A stretch of 64,000 nt of DNA from positions 256,001-320,000 of the forward strand of contig JAHQJS010000004.1 in the NCBI GenBank assembly GCA_019057385.1. Reading direction: 5' to 3'. Positions 42,987-52,132 of this stretch are shown in pieces. How positions within the stretch are numbered: position 1 is the first letter of the stretch; every line of letters starts with the position of its first letter. The position numbers and the translations under genes are program-made. The notes beneath the pieces were generated by a model. The model ran no database searches. It saw only the letters and a program-made list of their open reading frames with translations, and had not been told where the DNA came from. The DNA comes from Candidatus Borrarchaeum weybense. Lineage in GTDB: Archaea > Asgardarchaeota > Sifarchaeia > Borrarchaeales > Borrarchaeaceae.

Positions 42987-44486
42987 ATGAGTTTTTTATT
43001 TGATCAAAACTTTACTAAAATGAAGGCACCTGAATTTCCTAAGTTTTTCGACTGGCTAAATACAGAAGAGGAGTTGTCTCTTGAAAAACTTAAAGGACAC
43101 GTCGTTGTTCTGGATTTCTGGACCTATTGTTGCATTAATTGTATGCATGCGCTCCCAGTCCTTGCAGAACTTGAGAAAAAATATGAACACAAGCCTGTTG
43201 TGTTCATTGGAGTGCATTCTGCCAAGTTTGAAAATGAGCAACTTACACAAAATATAGAGCTGGCCATTGCGCGCTATGAGATCTATCATCCAGTTGTTAC
43301 AGACGAGGAAATGACTATCTGGAGGAGTTATGGTGTTAATGCATGGCCTACTATCGTTATTGTAGACCCTAAAGGAGATATATTCTTTAGAAGATCTGGA
43401 GAGCCTCAAAAAGAGGCATTAGAAGACGTGATCGATATTCTCTTGGAGGAATATGCCAAGAAGGGAGTCCTCGCAAAAGAACCAATAGAAATTAAGTATA
43501 AACCTGTAGAGATCACATCAACACTAGCTTTTCCTGGGAAGATATCCATATCAGAGGATGGCAAGATCGCCTTAAGCGATTCTAACCACAATAGAATCCT
43601 TGTGACTGATCTTTCAGGGAAAATTGAACAGATCATCGGCAAAGGAGAGATTGGCTTCACGGATGGAGACTTTGAGACTGCTACTTTATTTAGACCGCAA
43701 GGTGTACTCTGGAAAGATGGAGATATTTTCGTTGCAGATACTGAAAACCATGCTTTGCGCAGAATAGATATGAAAAATCAAACAGTAATTACACTTGTAG
43801 GCACTGGAGAACAAGGTCCATGGCTTTCAGAAGGTGGGAAAGGCAGAGACATCGCCATTTCTTCCCCGTGGGATTTAGCCAGTAAAGATGATCTGATTTT
43901 CATTGCTATGGCTGGAAATCACCAAATTTGGGTGTACAATGTAGAAACTGAAATAGTTAGACGATTTGCGGGAAGTGGACGCGAGAATATAGTTGATGGA
44001 AAAAATCTTGAAGCACAGCTTGCGCAGCCAAGTGGGCTCTCGATATTCAGCAACAAATTGTACTTTGCAGATAGCGAGGTTTCAGCGATCAGAGAGGTAG
44101 ATCTTACACAAAAGCAGGTTAAAACAATAGTTGGTCAAGGGTTATTTGTATTTGGACATCAGGATGGCCCTGTAGACCAGGCACTATTTCAACATCCTCT
44201 AGGCGTCTTTGCAACCGTTAACAAGATTTATGTTGCGGATACTTATAACGGCGCTATCCGTGTAATTGACTTGATGACAAAAGAAGTTTCTAGTCTTATA
44301 GGAAAACCCGGAATGAAAACCGTTTGTAAGGTTGACGACCCTGACTGTGATAAATTAGGCTTATACGAGCCAAGCGATGTTGAATTATTTGATAATATGT
44401 TGTATATAACAGATACAAATAATCATCTTGTCAGGGTGTACGATCTGGAGAAAAATATTCTACAAACGCTTGATATTAGAGACTAG
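42987..44486 (+). CDS. Thioredoxin-like + NHL-repeat beta-propeller protein (NHLRC2/SOQ1-like)
   Basis: DFWTYCCINCMH, GVHSAKF, NHL repeats (DSNHNRI, ADTENH, SPWDL, ADTYN); ATG at 42987 follows GGAGG. Confidence 0.93.
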   Translation: MSFLFDQNFTKMKAPEFPKFFDWLNTEEELSLEKLKGHVVVLDFWTYCCINCMHALPVLAELEKKYEHKPVVFIGVHSAKFENEQLTQNIELAIARYEIYHPVVTDEEMTIWRSYGVNAWPTIVIVDPKGDIFFRRSGEPQKEALEDVIDILLEEYAKKGVLAKEPIEIKYKPVEITSTLAFPGKISISEDGKIALSDSNHNRILVTDLSGKIEQIIGKGEIGFTDGDFETATLFRPQGVLWKDGDIFVADTENHALRRIDMKNQTVITLVGTGEQGPWLSEGGKGRDIAISSPWDLASKDDLIFIAMAGNHQIWVYNVETEIVRRFAGSGRENIVDGKNLEAQLAQPSGLSIFSNKLYFADSEVSAIREVDLTQKQVKTIVGQGLFVFGHQDGPVDQALFQHPLGVFATVNKIYVADTYNGAIRVIDLMTKEVSSLIGKPGMKTVCKVDDPDCDKLGLYEPSDVELFDNMLYITDTNNHLVRVYDLEKNILQTLDIRD

Positions 44487-44509
44487 AGCAAATTTTTTTG
44501 TTAGATTTA

Positions 44510-44540
44510 CTTTTTTATTTTTTTCTTTTTTTGAGTTTTA
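44510..44540 (+). terminator. Oligo-T tract, likely archaeal intrinsic terminator
   Basis: Long T-rich run just downstream of the stop at 44486, between convergent genes. Confidence 0.5.
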
Positions 44541-44546
44541 TTCTCG

Positions 44547-45119
44547 TTACGTATTAGAAGCGGTTATTTCATAGTCTGAAGCTACATCTTCCAAAATAGT
44601 ATTCTTGAACCTAGTTCCATCTAAGATTGCACCACGAAGATCAGAACCTGTTAAATCTACATCTTCCATGTCGGTGTTAGTGAGATTAGCCTTACTTAAG
44701 TCACAATTAATCATTTTGGATCTGGAAAAATCAGCATTAGAAAAGTCTACTCCTTCAAAATTTGATCCTGAATAATCTGAATCTGTACTAAGACTACCAG
44801 TTAAATCGGTATTTCTTAAGTTTTGATTCCTGCAAAGGACTCCAACAAGATCTGCATAAGTGAGTGACGTATTCTCTAGATTTAGTTTTTCTAGGTTTGT
44901 ATGGCTTAGTTTGAGTTGTTCACCTTCAGAACCTTTGGCACCCACGTAAACTCCAAATATTGAACCTTCTTTCATGCCACCTTTAGTCACAAAAGTCTCC
45001 CATCTGCCACCTGAGTTTATAAATTTATGATGCTTTTCAAGTTCTATATCAAATTCTTCTTGAGTCATTGGTTCAGCTGATTCCCGTAAATGTACCATCA
45101 TTTCGTATATTCTTGCCAA
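44547..45119 (-). CDS. Pentapeptide repeat protein
   Basis: Repeating A/S-D/N-L/F-x-x units. Confidence 0.9.
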   Translation of the reverse strand: MARIYEMMVHLRESAEPMTQEEFDIELEKHHKFINSGGRWETFVTKGGMKEGSIFGVYVGAKGSEGEQLKLSHTNLEKLNLENTSLTYADLVGVLCRNQNLRNTDLTGSLSTDSDYSGSNFEGVDFSNADFSRSKMINCDLSKANLTNTDMEDVDLTGSDLRGAILDGTRFKNTILEDVASDYEITASNT

Positions 45120-45295
45120 GTGAAAGACCTCACCAAGCGGAAATAAACTTCCCGCCGTCTAATGTGGATGTATTTATTATTATTGCCATCCTAATAAACC
45201 TTCAAGAATTATTTATAACTAAAAGAAAAAACCTCTGAAAATTAGGAGTGAAGGATTTGTTTTCAATAAGCGAGGCGTCCAGAAAAGGAGTAACT

Positions 45296-46567
45296 ATGGA
45301 TAAACATGCACCTACGATCGAAAATCAATTATTAACTGAGACATTGCTATTCGATAACGTGTTGCTAGCATCACCTCACCTAACATTCGATTTTGTTTAT
45401 AAACGCATCTTACTTTTTGAAAACGAATTGTTTTTGTTTTTAATAGATACTGATGTGACCAAAACTGAGGAGTATCTCGATAGGTTGTACAATAGAACAA
45501 TAGAGGAAGAATTCCCTGAATACCCCTATCTCTCAGCACTTGAAAATGCTGCCTTTACTATGATGAGCCGAAGTGAATCAATAGCTCGGTATGCCAGCGA
45601 GTTTTATGGAATAGATAGTGCAAAAATCGGTGCATTAGAAAAATATGAAGGGATGTTGAAGTTTTATAAGATGCTTTCACCTCAGATCATAAATCGCCAA
45701 TATTCGCTTAAAGATTTACGTGATGCTTATTCGGACAACCCTTTCAAGGATAGAGAGAAGGTATTTGATATCGTTAAAGCACTTTTCGAACGAAATGAAG
45801 TAGAGTTTGAAAAGTTTTGGATGTTAGTCCCGGAGGATGAGAAAGAATTATCGTTTCGGACCATAAATAGAGCCCCTTTGATTTACGATGCTTGTTTTTT
45901 GCGAAAGAACAATAATGTCTTTCCAGTGATTAGTTGTTTCGAGGAAGCGCAAGACCTTAATCCACTATTTTTCGCAAATCTTAAAGAAGTAGAAACCATC
46001 CGTGAATACTTGAAAATCGTAAAAGAAGATAAAACGTGTAAAGAACTAATAGACGCTGGAATTGAAAAGGAAATTTCTACAATATTGAATTTTGAACTTG
46101 TCATACCACCTATTGAACTTGAAAATGATCAGATCTTGAAAATACGAAAGGCAAAGGAAATAGAAACTTTACGAACATCTTTAGCAGATCTTACAAAAAA
46201 CATTGAAACAGGAGAGTTCGAAAAGGCTTGTGCAATAAAAAAGGAACTTATCGAATCGGAATTGCCTGATAGCGTATCAACTATTATATTGGACTCCGTA
46301 AGAGAATTAACTAAATCAACCATTGAGACAATGAAAGTTTCTTATGGATGCACATTGGTTATTCCTCTAATGCTATTTCAGGGTCTCGAACGAGAGAAAA
46401 TCAGCTTAATACTAAATAAAGAGACAAATGAATACTTACGTAGTCACCCACATTTTTATGTTCAAGAGCATCGAGATGAATACAAGAGTTTTGGAATTCG
46501 ATCACTTCAGCTGTTGTTTGAGTCAGATAGCGGCACTGATTTTCATTTCTTCTTTTATAATTCCTGA
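45296..46567 (+). CDS. Hypothetical protein
   Basis: Long ORF; ATG at 45296 preceded by AGGAG. Confidence 0.7.
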   Translation: MDKHAPTIENQLLTETLLFDNVLLASPHLTFDFVYKRILLFENELFLFLIDTDVTKTEEYLDRLYNRTIEEEFPEYPYLSALENAAFTMMSRSESIARYASEFYGIDSAKIGALEKYEGMLKFYKMLSPQIINRQYSLKDLRDAYSDNPFKDREKVFDIVKALFERNEVEFEKFWMLVPEDEKELSFRTINRAPLIYDACFLRKNNNVFPVISCFEEAQDLNPLFFANLKEVETIREYLKIVKEDKTCKELIDAGIEKEISTILNFELVIPPIELENDQILKIRKAKEIETLRTSLADLTKNIETGEFEKACAIKKELIESELPDSVSTIILDSVRELTKSTIETMKVSYGCTLVIPLMLFQGLEREKISLILNKETNEYLRSHPHFYVQEHRDEYKSFGIRSLQLLFESDSGTDFHFFFYNS

Positions 46568-46582
46568 ACGTTGTCGACGTGT

Positions 46583-47482
46583 TTACAAAGAGAGGTGATC
46601 TTTACAGATTTTCTCAGAAACAACCAGATAATTGACTTCATTTGCTTTCTTAAAGCGCTGTGAGTGTCTAAATGAACTTTTTCCAAATAGATCGTGAAGG
46701 TAGAACCTGTCGACTGGGGTGTCTTCTAATTTCCTAAAAGTTTCCCAAAGATTTGATAAAAAACTAATTGCTTCAATTTTGGATATTTCAGGATCTAACA
46801 TTTCTTTTTCGATCATATCTTCAGTAATTTGACTCACAGAAATTGAATTCTCAATCCTGAGATTTGCCGCAAATGAAGGAAATTCTTGTCTTGACTCTTC
46901 AAACATCTCATTTAAAATATCAAGACAATATCCGATGTTTTCATTTCTAGAGGCTAGCAGTAGAATATAGCCTTTTAAGTGTAGCCATGCAGCCTTGTCT
47001 CCTATAGTTTCCAAAATATTCTCAGGAAGATCGCCTTCAAATTTCATCTGAATAGTACTAAATCTTTCCTTAAGTTCGTCGATTTGATTCAAAATCTGCC
47101 CTTCTGCTGCGAGTGTCTTTAGATCTACATCAGGGAGTGATCTAATATATAATAACCTTTGAAATAGCCCTCGATATTCCTTTAACATCGATATAATTTG
47201 AGGTTCAGATGTTTCTATTACTCTTGACTTGATATTCCTTTCAATAGTTGTGAGGCTCATATTTTCTGCCATAAAATACATGTGTGATTCTGGCGGTACA
47301 TGATTTGGTCCAAAAAATGCATGATCTTCTCTTTTGAGGATGTCTCCCATAGTAACATCCTTATACTTGTCAGTATAGTTCCAAATTCTCCATGCTCTAG
47401 TTTCCTTTGGTTCATTTCCAGCTTTGATTGTAAACAATGTTAATTTAGGAAGTAAATTAGTTAGCTCTGTAAGCTTGTACAT
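46583..47482 (-). CDS. Hypothetical protein
   Basis: 299-aa ORF with ATG start and GAGGG upstream. Confidence 0.7.
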   Translation of the reverse strand: MYKLTELTNLLPKLTLFTIKAGNEPKETRAWRIWNYTDKYKDVTMGDILKREDHAFFGPNHVPPESHMYFMAENMSLTTIERNIKSRVIETSEPQIISMLKEYRGLFQRLLYIRSLPDVDLKTLAAEGQILNQIDELKERFSTIQMKFEGDLPENILETIGDKAAWLHLKGYILLLASRNENIGYCLDILNEMFEESRQEFPSFAANLRIENSISVSQITEDMIEKEMLDPEISKIEAISFLSNLWETFRKLEDTPVDRFYLHDLFGKSSFRHSQRFKKANEVNYLVVSEKICKDHLSL

Positions 47483-47646
47483 GTCAGTTCCCTCTTCGTG
47501 AAAGAAATACAGTTTGTTATAATATTTTAAATTGATTTTTTAATTAATAGGATAATCTTCTACACAAGTGAAAAGAAAAACACAGATTTTACACAAAACT
47601 AGAACTAAAGCAATTGAAAGCAATATGAAAATGCAGGTACACATAA

Positions 47647-47662
47647 GTATACAATTGTATAC
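47647..47662. promoter_or_regulatory. Perfect 16-bp palindrome GTATACAATTGTATAC, candidate operator
   Basis: Lies between divergently transcribed genes; about one such palindrome is expected by chance in 64 kb. Confidence 0.3.
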
Positions 47663-47772
47663 CAAAGAAAGCAAAATGATGGAAACATCTTGAACTAATG
47701 TCAAAAACAAAATTGTTAAAGTTTAATTGATTGTGTAGATATTCCTAGATGATTTGATAAGAGGAACTTATA

Positions 47773-48198
47773 ATGTCGGTAGAAGAGCATCTTGAAAAAG
47801 GATATGAATATTTCAATCAAAATCAGTACAAAAAAGCTATCGAAGAATATGAAATGGTTCTTGAGATCCAACCTGAATATGCGGATGCGTGGTATTTCTT
47901 GGGTAAAACCTATGGAAGGTTAACCGAGTATGAAAAAGCAATAGAATGCTATCAAAGAGCAATCGAGATTGATCCTGATCTTGATGAAACATGGCTGTTC
48001 ATGGGATGGGCTTATTATAAACTAGATAGTCTTGAAAAAGCAATTGAGTGTTTTAAACTCGCAGTGAAAATTAATCCTAAATTAACCATAGCATGGTACA
48101 ATCTAGGACTTGTTTATGATACATTGCACGATCACGAAAAGGCAGTTGAATATTATAACAAGGCAGAAGAACTAACTTCTTCTGCTGATTCCAATTGA
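47773..48198 (+). CDS. Tetratricopeptide repeat protein
   Basis: 3-4 TPR units (AWYFLG..Y, AIECYQRAIEIDP, AWYNLG). Confidence 0.93.
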   Translation: MSVEEHLEKGYEYFNQNQYKKAIEEYEMVLEIQPEYADAWYFLGKTYGRLTEYEKAIECYQRAIEIDPDLDETWLFMGWAYYKLDSLEKAIECFKLAVKINPKLTIAWYNLGLVYDTLHDHEKAVEYYNKAEELTSSADSN

Positions 48199-48259
48199 GT
48201 TAAAAGAAATAACAGTCGTTTAAATCTAAGTTAGCAATGAGTTTTCGTTGCAAAATCAT

Positions 48260-48535
48260 TTAAATCTCTTTTTCAGAATTTAATTCTTTTCTTTCGTAAA
48301 TCTGATAGTGCATGGCAAAAATAAGAATTAAGCAGAGTAAAATCCCTACTAATATCCAGAACCAAATACCATCATAAAATGGAATCAACACATTCCAAAA
48401 TCTTGCTGGTTCAGGAAAATACAATAGTCTGAAAGTAGCTGGAATGTGCCAGTAGACATAATTAACGATTAAAAGGATTGATAAAACAGTAATCAAGACT
48501 ATCCAAAGGTTTAATGACCTTAACAGATCTCTCAT
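48260..48535 (-). CDS. Small membrane protein
   Basis: Two hydrophobic segments; starts 4 nt after the hypC stop. Confidence 0.6.
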   Translation of the reverse strand: MRDLLRSLNLWIVLITVLSILLIVNYVYWHIPATFRLLYFPEPARFWNVLIPFYDGIWFWILVGILLCLILIFAMHYQIYERKELNSEKEI

Positions 48536-48539
48536 AAAC

Positions 48540-48779
48540 TTACACTTTTAAATCTTTATTTATAACCTCGAAAACCTCATCCCATAACTCTAAACTTTCA
48601 ACTGCTTCTTTTTTACTCAGTTTACTGATGGCATATCCTGTATGTACTATGACATAATCCCCTACATTGACATCTTTAATCAAGGTAACGATTATCTTGC
48701 GCCTAACGCCGCCAAAATCGGCGATAGCATAATCATTATCCTCTAGTTCAATAATTTCTGCTGGAATAGCTAAGCACAT
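48540..48779 (-). CDS. hypC: Hydrogenase maturation chaperone HypC/HupF
   Basis: MCLAIPA N-terminus (true start at 48779), VGDYVIVHTGYAI. Confidence 0.96.
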   Translation of the reverse strand: MCLAIPAEIIELEDNDYAIADFGGVRRKIIVTLIKDVNVGDYVIVHTGYAISKLSKKEAVESLELWDEVFEVINKDLKV

Positions 48780-48926
48780 TCGATCACAACCTTTTGACAC
48801 CAAGCCGTCAATTTTCAATGTTTCACTCGTCCTATTAAGGCTTATGTTTTAGGCTACATCTTTTGTACGTTGGGAAAAATCTAAAAAACGAGGATTAGTT
48901 TGCATCTAATTATTTGAGGACTAATA

Positions 48927-49421
48927 ATGATTCGCATTTTAACTTCTTCAGATAATAAAACTATTTTTGGAGTGATAAATGATGCAGCGCAAGCATATGA
49001 AGGAATAATTCCCGCTGATAGATGGAAAGAACCATACATGCCAATGGAAGAACTAAAGGAAGAAGTTGACGCGGGTGTAAAATTCTTCGGTTGGGAAGAA
49101 GGCGACGTCTTAATTGGAGTAATGGGATTTCAACCCATTAAAGATACTACTTTGATTAGACATGCTTACGTACTTACAAAATACCAAAAGCGAGGAATTG
49201 GCAGGAAACTTCTCTCATATTTGATGAGTTTGGCGAAGACTCCTGAAATTTTAGTAGGAACTTGGGAGGATGCAACTTGGGCAATTCAATTCTATGAGAA
49301 ATATGGGTTCAAGTTAGTGGCACCTAAAGAAAAGGACAGACTTCTTCGTAAATATTGGAATATTCCCGAAAGACAAATTGAAACATCAGTTGTATTGAAG
49401 TTTGAAAGATCATCTGTATAG
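48927..49421 (+). CDS. GNAT family N-acetyltransferase
   Basis: YQKRGIGRKLL, AIQFYEKYGF. Confidence 0.92.
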   Translation: MIRILTSSDNKTIFGVINDAAQAYEGIIPADRWKEPYMPMEELKEEVDAGVKFFGWEEGDVLIGVMGFQPIKDTTLIRHAYVLTKYQKRGIGRKLLSYLMSLAKTPEILVGTWEDATWAIQFYEKYGFKLVAPKEKDRLLRKYWNIPERQIETSVVLKFERSSV

Positions 49422-49470
49422 TTGAAAAACTAAGAAAAGGCAATTTAAAGATTATACAAGGGGAAAAAGA

Positions 49471-50142
49471 ATGTCAAAGGAGATAGAAATTGAGATATAT
49501 GCAGAACAACTTCGAAAAACATTCCTCAAATATACAAGGAAGGCTTTTGAAATATTACCAAAGATAAATAACCCCCGAATTCTTGATATTGGCTGTGGTT
49601 CGGGAATTCCAACTTTAGAATTGGCAAGATTAAGCAATGGTGAGATAATTGGAATAGATATTGATCAAAGTGCTTTGGATGAATTAAAGGAGAAGGCAAG
49701 AAAATTGGGTTTATCTAGCCGTGTTAAAACTATAAATTGTTCATTATTTGAACTTGATTTTGAAAGTGAGAGCTTTGATATAATATGGGCAGAAGGCGCA
49801 CTCGCTCCTATCGGCTTTGAAAGAGCGTTAAAGGAATGGAGGAGACTGCTTAAGATTAAGGGTTTCATTGTGGTTCATGATGATGTGCAAAATAAGGAAA
49901 GAAAACTAAGAATTATTCCAAAATATGGCTATGTACTCATAAATCATTTTCACTTACCTGATGATGTGTGGTGGACTGAGTATTATGAACCCTTAGAAAA
50001 ACGAATACATGAGGTTCGTAACAAACATAAGGACGATCAAAAGGTACCTGAGGTAGTTAAAAGCTATCAAAATGAAATTGACGCATATAAGAAAAATCCT
50101 AAGGCTTTCCGATCCATTTTTTATATCATGCAATTGCGCTAG
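49471..50142 (+). CDS. Class I SAM-dependent methyltransferase (C-terminus altered by insertion)
   Basis: ILDIGCGSG, GIDID, FDIIWAEG. Confidence 0.92.
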   Translation: MSKEIEIEIYAEQLRKTFLKYTRKAFEILPKINNPRILDIGCGSGIPTLELARLSNGEIIGIDIDQSALDELKEKARKLGLSSRVKTINCSLFELDFESESFDIIWAEGALAPIGFERALKEWRRLLKIKGFIVVHDDVQNKERKLRIIPKYGYVLINHFHLPDDVWWTEYYEPLEKRIHEVRNKHKDDQKVPEVVKSYQNEIDAYKKNPKAFRSIFYIMQLR

Positions 50143-50292
50143 GTTTAGATGGTTTAGAGTGATAAAGTCTATAAGTACCTACGGGGCGTAGGGATTTTAA
50201 GCCTGTGGAGATAAGACCTCCGTAACCCGCCAAGGGGATCGAGTCTGTCGCAGAAGCAGGAAGCCTCAAGGCTTTAGCACGAGGTAGCTCAC
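50134..50292 (+). mobile_element. Non-autonomous IS200/IS605-derived mini-element (TnpB omega-RNA/right end only)
   Basis: Ends in an IS605-type hairpin CCTC..GC-TTTA-GC..GAGG then TAGCTCAC; flanked by ATCATGCAA on both sides; no ORF. Confidence 0.75.
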
Positions 50293-50312
50293 ATCATGCA
50301 AAAAACAAATTA
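50175..50312 (+). ncRNA. TnpB omega-RNA (reRNA) scaffold with 3' guide
   Basis: GTACCTACGGGGCGTAGGG hairpin, AAGCCTGTGGAGA ... GTCG..GAAGCAGGAAG, terminal hairpin and TCAC end match the IS605/IS1341 3' consensus. Confidence 0.75.
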
Positions 50313-50417
50313 ATCTTAGAGGTTTTAGTTGGTCAACTAATCTCTAAGATTATTTAATCTATTTAAATGCATTAAACCATTTAGCTGACAGAAGTTAAAT
50401 CAAATTTCTCTATTATC

Positions 50418-51158
50418 CTAATTTTGCATTATGTAGAAAACAATCCCGTAGTATTTAAAACCATATTTTCTGAAATAATCTATTTCGTTTTGGTTCATAT
50501 CTAATTCTCTCTTAAATTTGTTCCCATATTTTTCCCGTAAAGTTAGAATCTTTTTTTCTAGTGGAGAACAGCAATTATCCCACCAATCAGACTCTGGAAG
50601 CGTAAAACTACTTATTAATTTGTATCCCTGTTTTTCGATAATTTTGAGAATTTCATTATGGGATTTAATAGATGGGTATACTTTTTCCCAATACTTCTTT
50701 GCGTCAACTGGAGGGTTGTCTTTCAGTTTTGCGATAATAGAAACTACCAAAAACCCACCTTTTTTTAGAAAAAAACGCCATTCTTTGAGTGCTTTTTCAA
50801 AGCCGACGATAAATATACTATTTTCCGACCATATCACGTCAAAACTGTTTTCTTCAAAATCCATGGAAAACATTGACTTGTTGATGGTCTGGATGTTATC
50901 TGCAACACCCTGTGCCGCAGCGTTATTTCTTAGTATATCAAGAAAAGTTTGGTTAATGTCTAATGCAACTACTTTGGCAGACATTTTTGCGAGTTCGATA
51001 CTCGACATACCTGTGCCGCAGCCTACATCTAAAATAGTAGGCTCAGGAGGTAAGCCTTTTAACATTGAAAGCGCCTTTTTTGTGGTTTCAGCCTTTCCAA
51101 GCTTAGGAATGTCCTTATAAAGTTCAGCAAGAAAATCGCTTTCATACTCTTGAGACAT
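50418..51158 (-). CDS. Class I SAM-dependent methyltransferase
   Basis: ILDVGCGTG, ALDIN, FDVIWSE; paralogue of 49471..50142. Confidence 0.92.
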   Translation of the reverse strand: MSQEYESDFLAELYKDIPKLGKAETTKKALSMLKGLPPEPTILDVGCGTGMSSIELAKMSAKVVALDINQTFLDILRNNAAAQGVADNIQTINKSMFSMDFEENSFDVIWSENSIFIVGFEKALKEWRFFLKKGGFLVVSIIAKLKDNPPVDAKKYWEKVYPSIKSHNEILKIIEKQGYKLISSFTLPESDWWDNCCSPLEKKILTLREKYGNKFKRELDMNQNEIDYFRKYGFKYYGIVFYIMQN

Positions 51159-51810
51159 GATTAGTAGATAGGTGTTTTTGGCTTAAATATTTGATTACTT
51201 TCTGATAAACGATTGCGGGAAGAGATCTAAACGTTATTTCCTTTGTAGTAATTCCTAAAATGTGCATTCTTTCATAGATTTTCTGTGCAACTTCATTCAT
51301 ATCGGTTCCCCATGCTTCCAGCTCTCCCAAATAACCGACACTTTGACCTTGAGAGTAAATGTTCTCGAGAGCAATAACAAACTCTCCTATTGATTTGTTT
51401 TTGATTTTGTACAATTCACCGTTCCTTTTTTCAACGATAAACCATTCTTCGAATTCCCAATCTTTTAATAATTCTTCTGCGTATCTTTTCTCACCACGGA
51501 ATAACTCCAATTTACCTTGTGGATAGACTGTTCTCTTATATTGAAGGTCATTCCATTCAAGAATCTCTGTTTTTGAAAAAAGAATTTGTGAATATATCTC
51601 AGGATGACTCCAGGCTCGAAGTCTCATGGTTTTTCGACTTGGATCCCAGTCTTCTATTGATCCTTTTCTAGGCTTGTAGCAGTGATCATTGAAACGATAA
51701 GAAAGAACGGATTCTGCGTTGAGATTTTTTAGTTTTTTACGAAAAGCAGTGATATCCTTTACAAAAATTCTGACTTCAGATTCAAAATTTTTTGATATAC
51801 TTTGATTCAC
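51142..51810 (-). CDS. CYTH-domain protein
   Basis: ESEVR (ExExK-like), MRLR, VEKR, GELEA; GTG start at 51810 after AGGAG. Confidence 0.75.
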   Translation of the reverse strand: MNQSISKNFESEVRIFVKDITAFRKKLKNLNAESVLSYRFNDHCYKPRKGSIEDWDPSRKTMRLRAWSHPEIYSQILFSKTEILEWNDLQYKRTVYPQGKLELFRGEKRYAEELLKDWEFEEWFIVEKRNGELYKIKNKSIGEFVIALENIYSQGQSVGYLGELEAWGTDMNEVAQKIYERMHILGITTKEITFRSLPAIVYQKVIKYLSQKHLSTNHVSRV

Positions 51811-52132
51811 ATTAAATTTCTCCTTTAGAGCTAAAAACGTGACTTGCAAAAAGCACACTGGCTTACTTTATCTTACTATCTTTAGTTTTTAAGGTTTTTA
51901 AACTCAAAACAACAAAGAACTTCTGATACTAATGAATAACTTCCAATTCTATTTGCCTGCAAGCCCACTGTAGTATTTAGGTTTAATTAACGGCTCATGC
52001 TGCACTCTGTCTTCGTGGGCGATAGTACCTGGCGTATCACCGGATACAATAATTAAATGATAAATTTTTTTAATTAAGACCACGAAAAAAGAAAAAAGAG
52101 TATGGCTTCCTTTGCAGTTTTACAGTTTTTTG

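Noticed and set aside
47560-47712. ~50-codon hydrophobic minus-strand ORF in the intergenic region
   Set aside because: No convincing start or SD; T-rich strands produce such ORFs by chance
50518-51120. 200-aa ORF on the + strand, and the many other 60-180-aa ORFs antisense or out of frame to real genes (e.g. 31904..32437)
   Set aside because: They lie wholly within well-supported genes and show no motifs; treated as shadow ORFs
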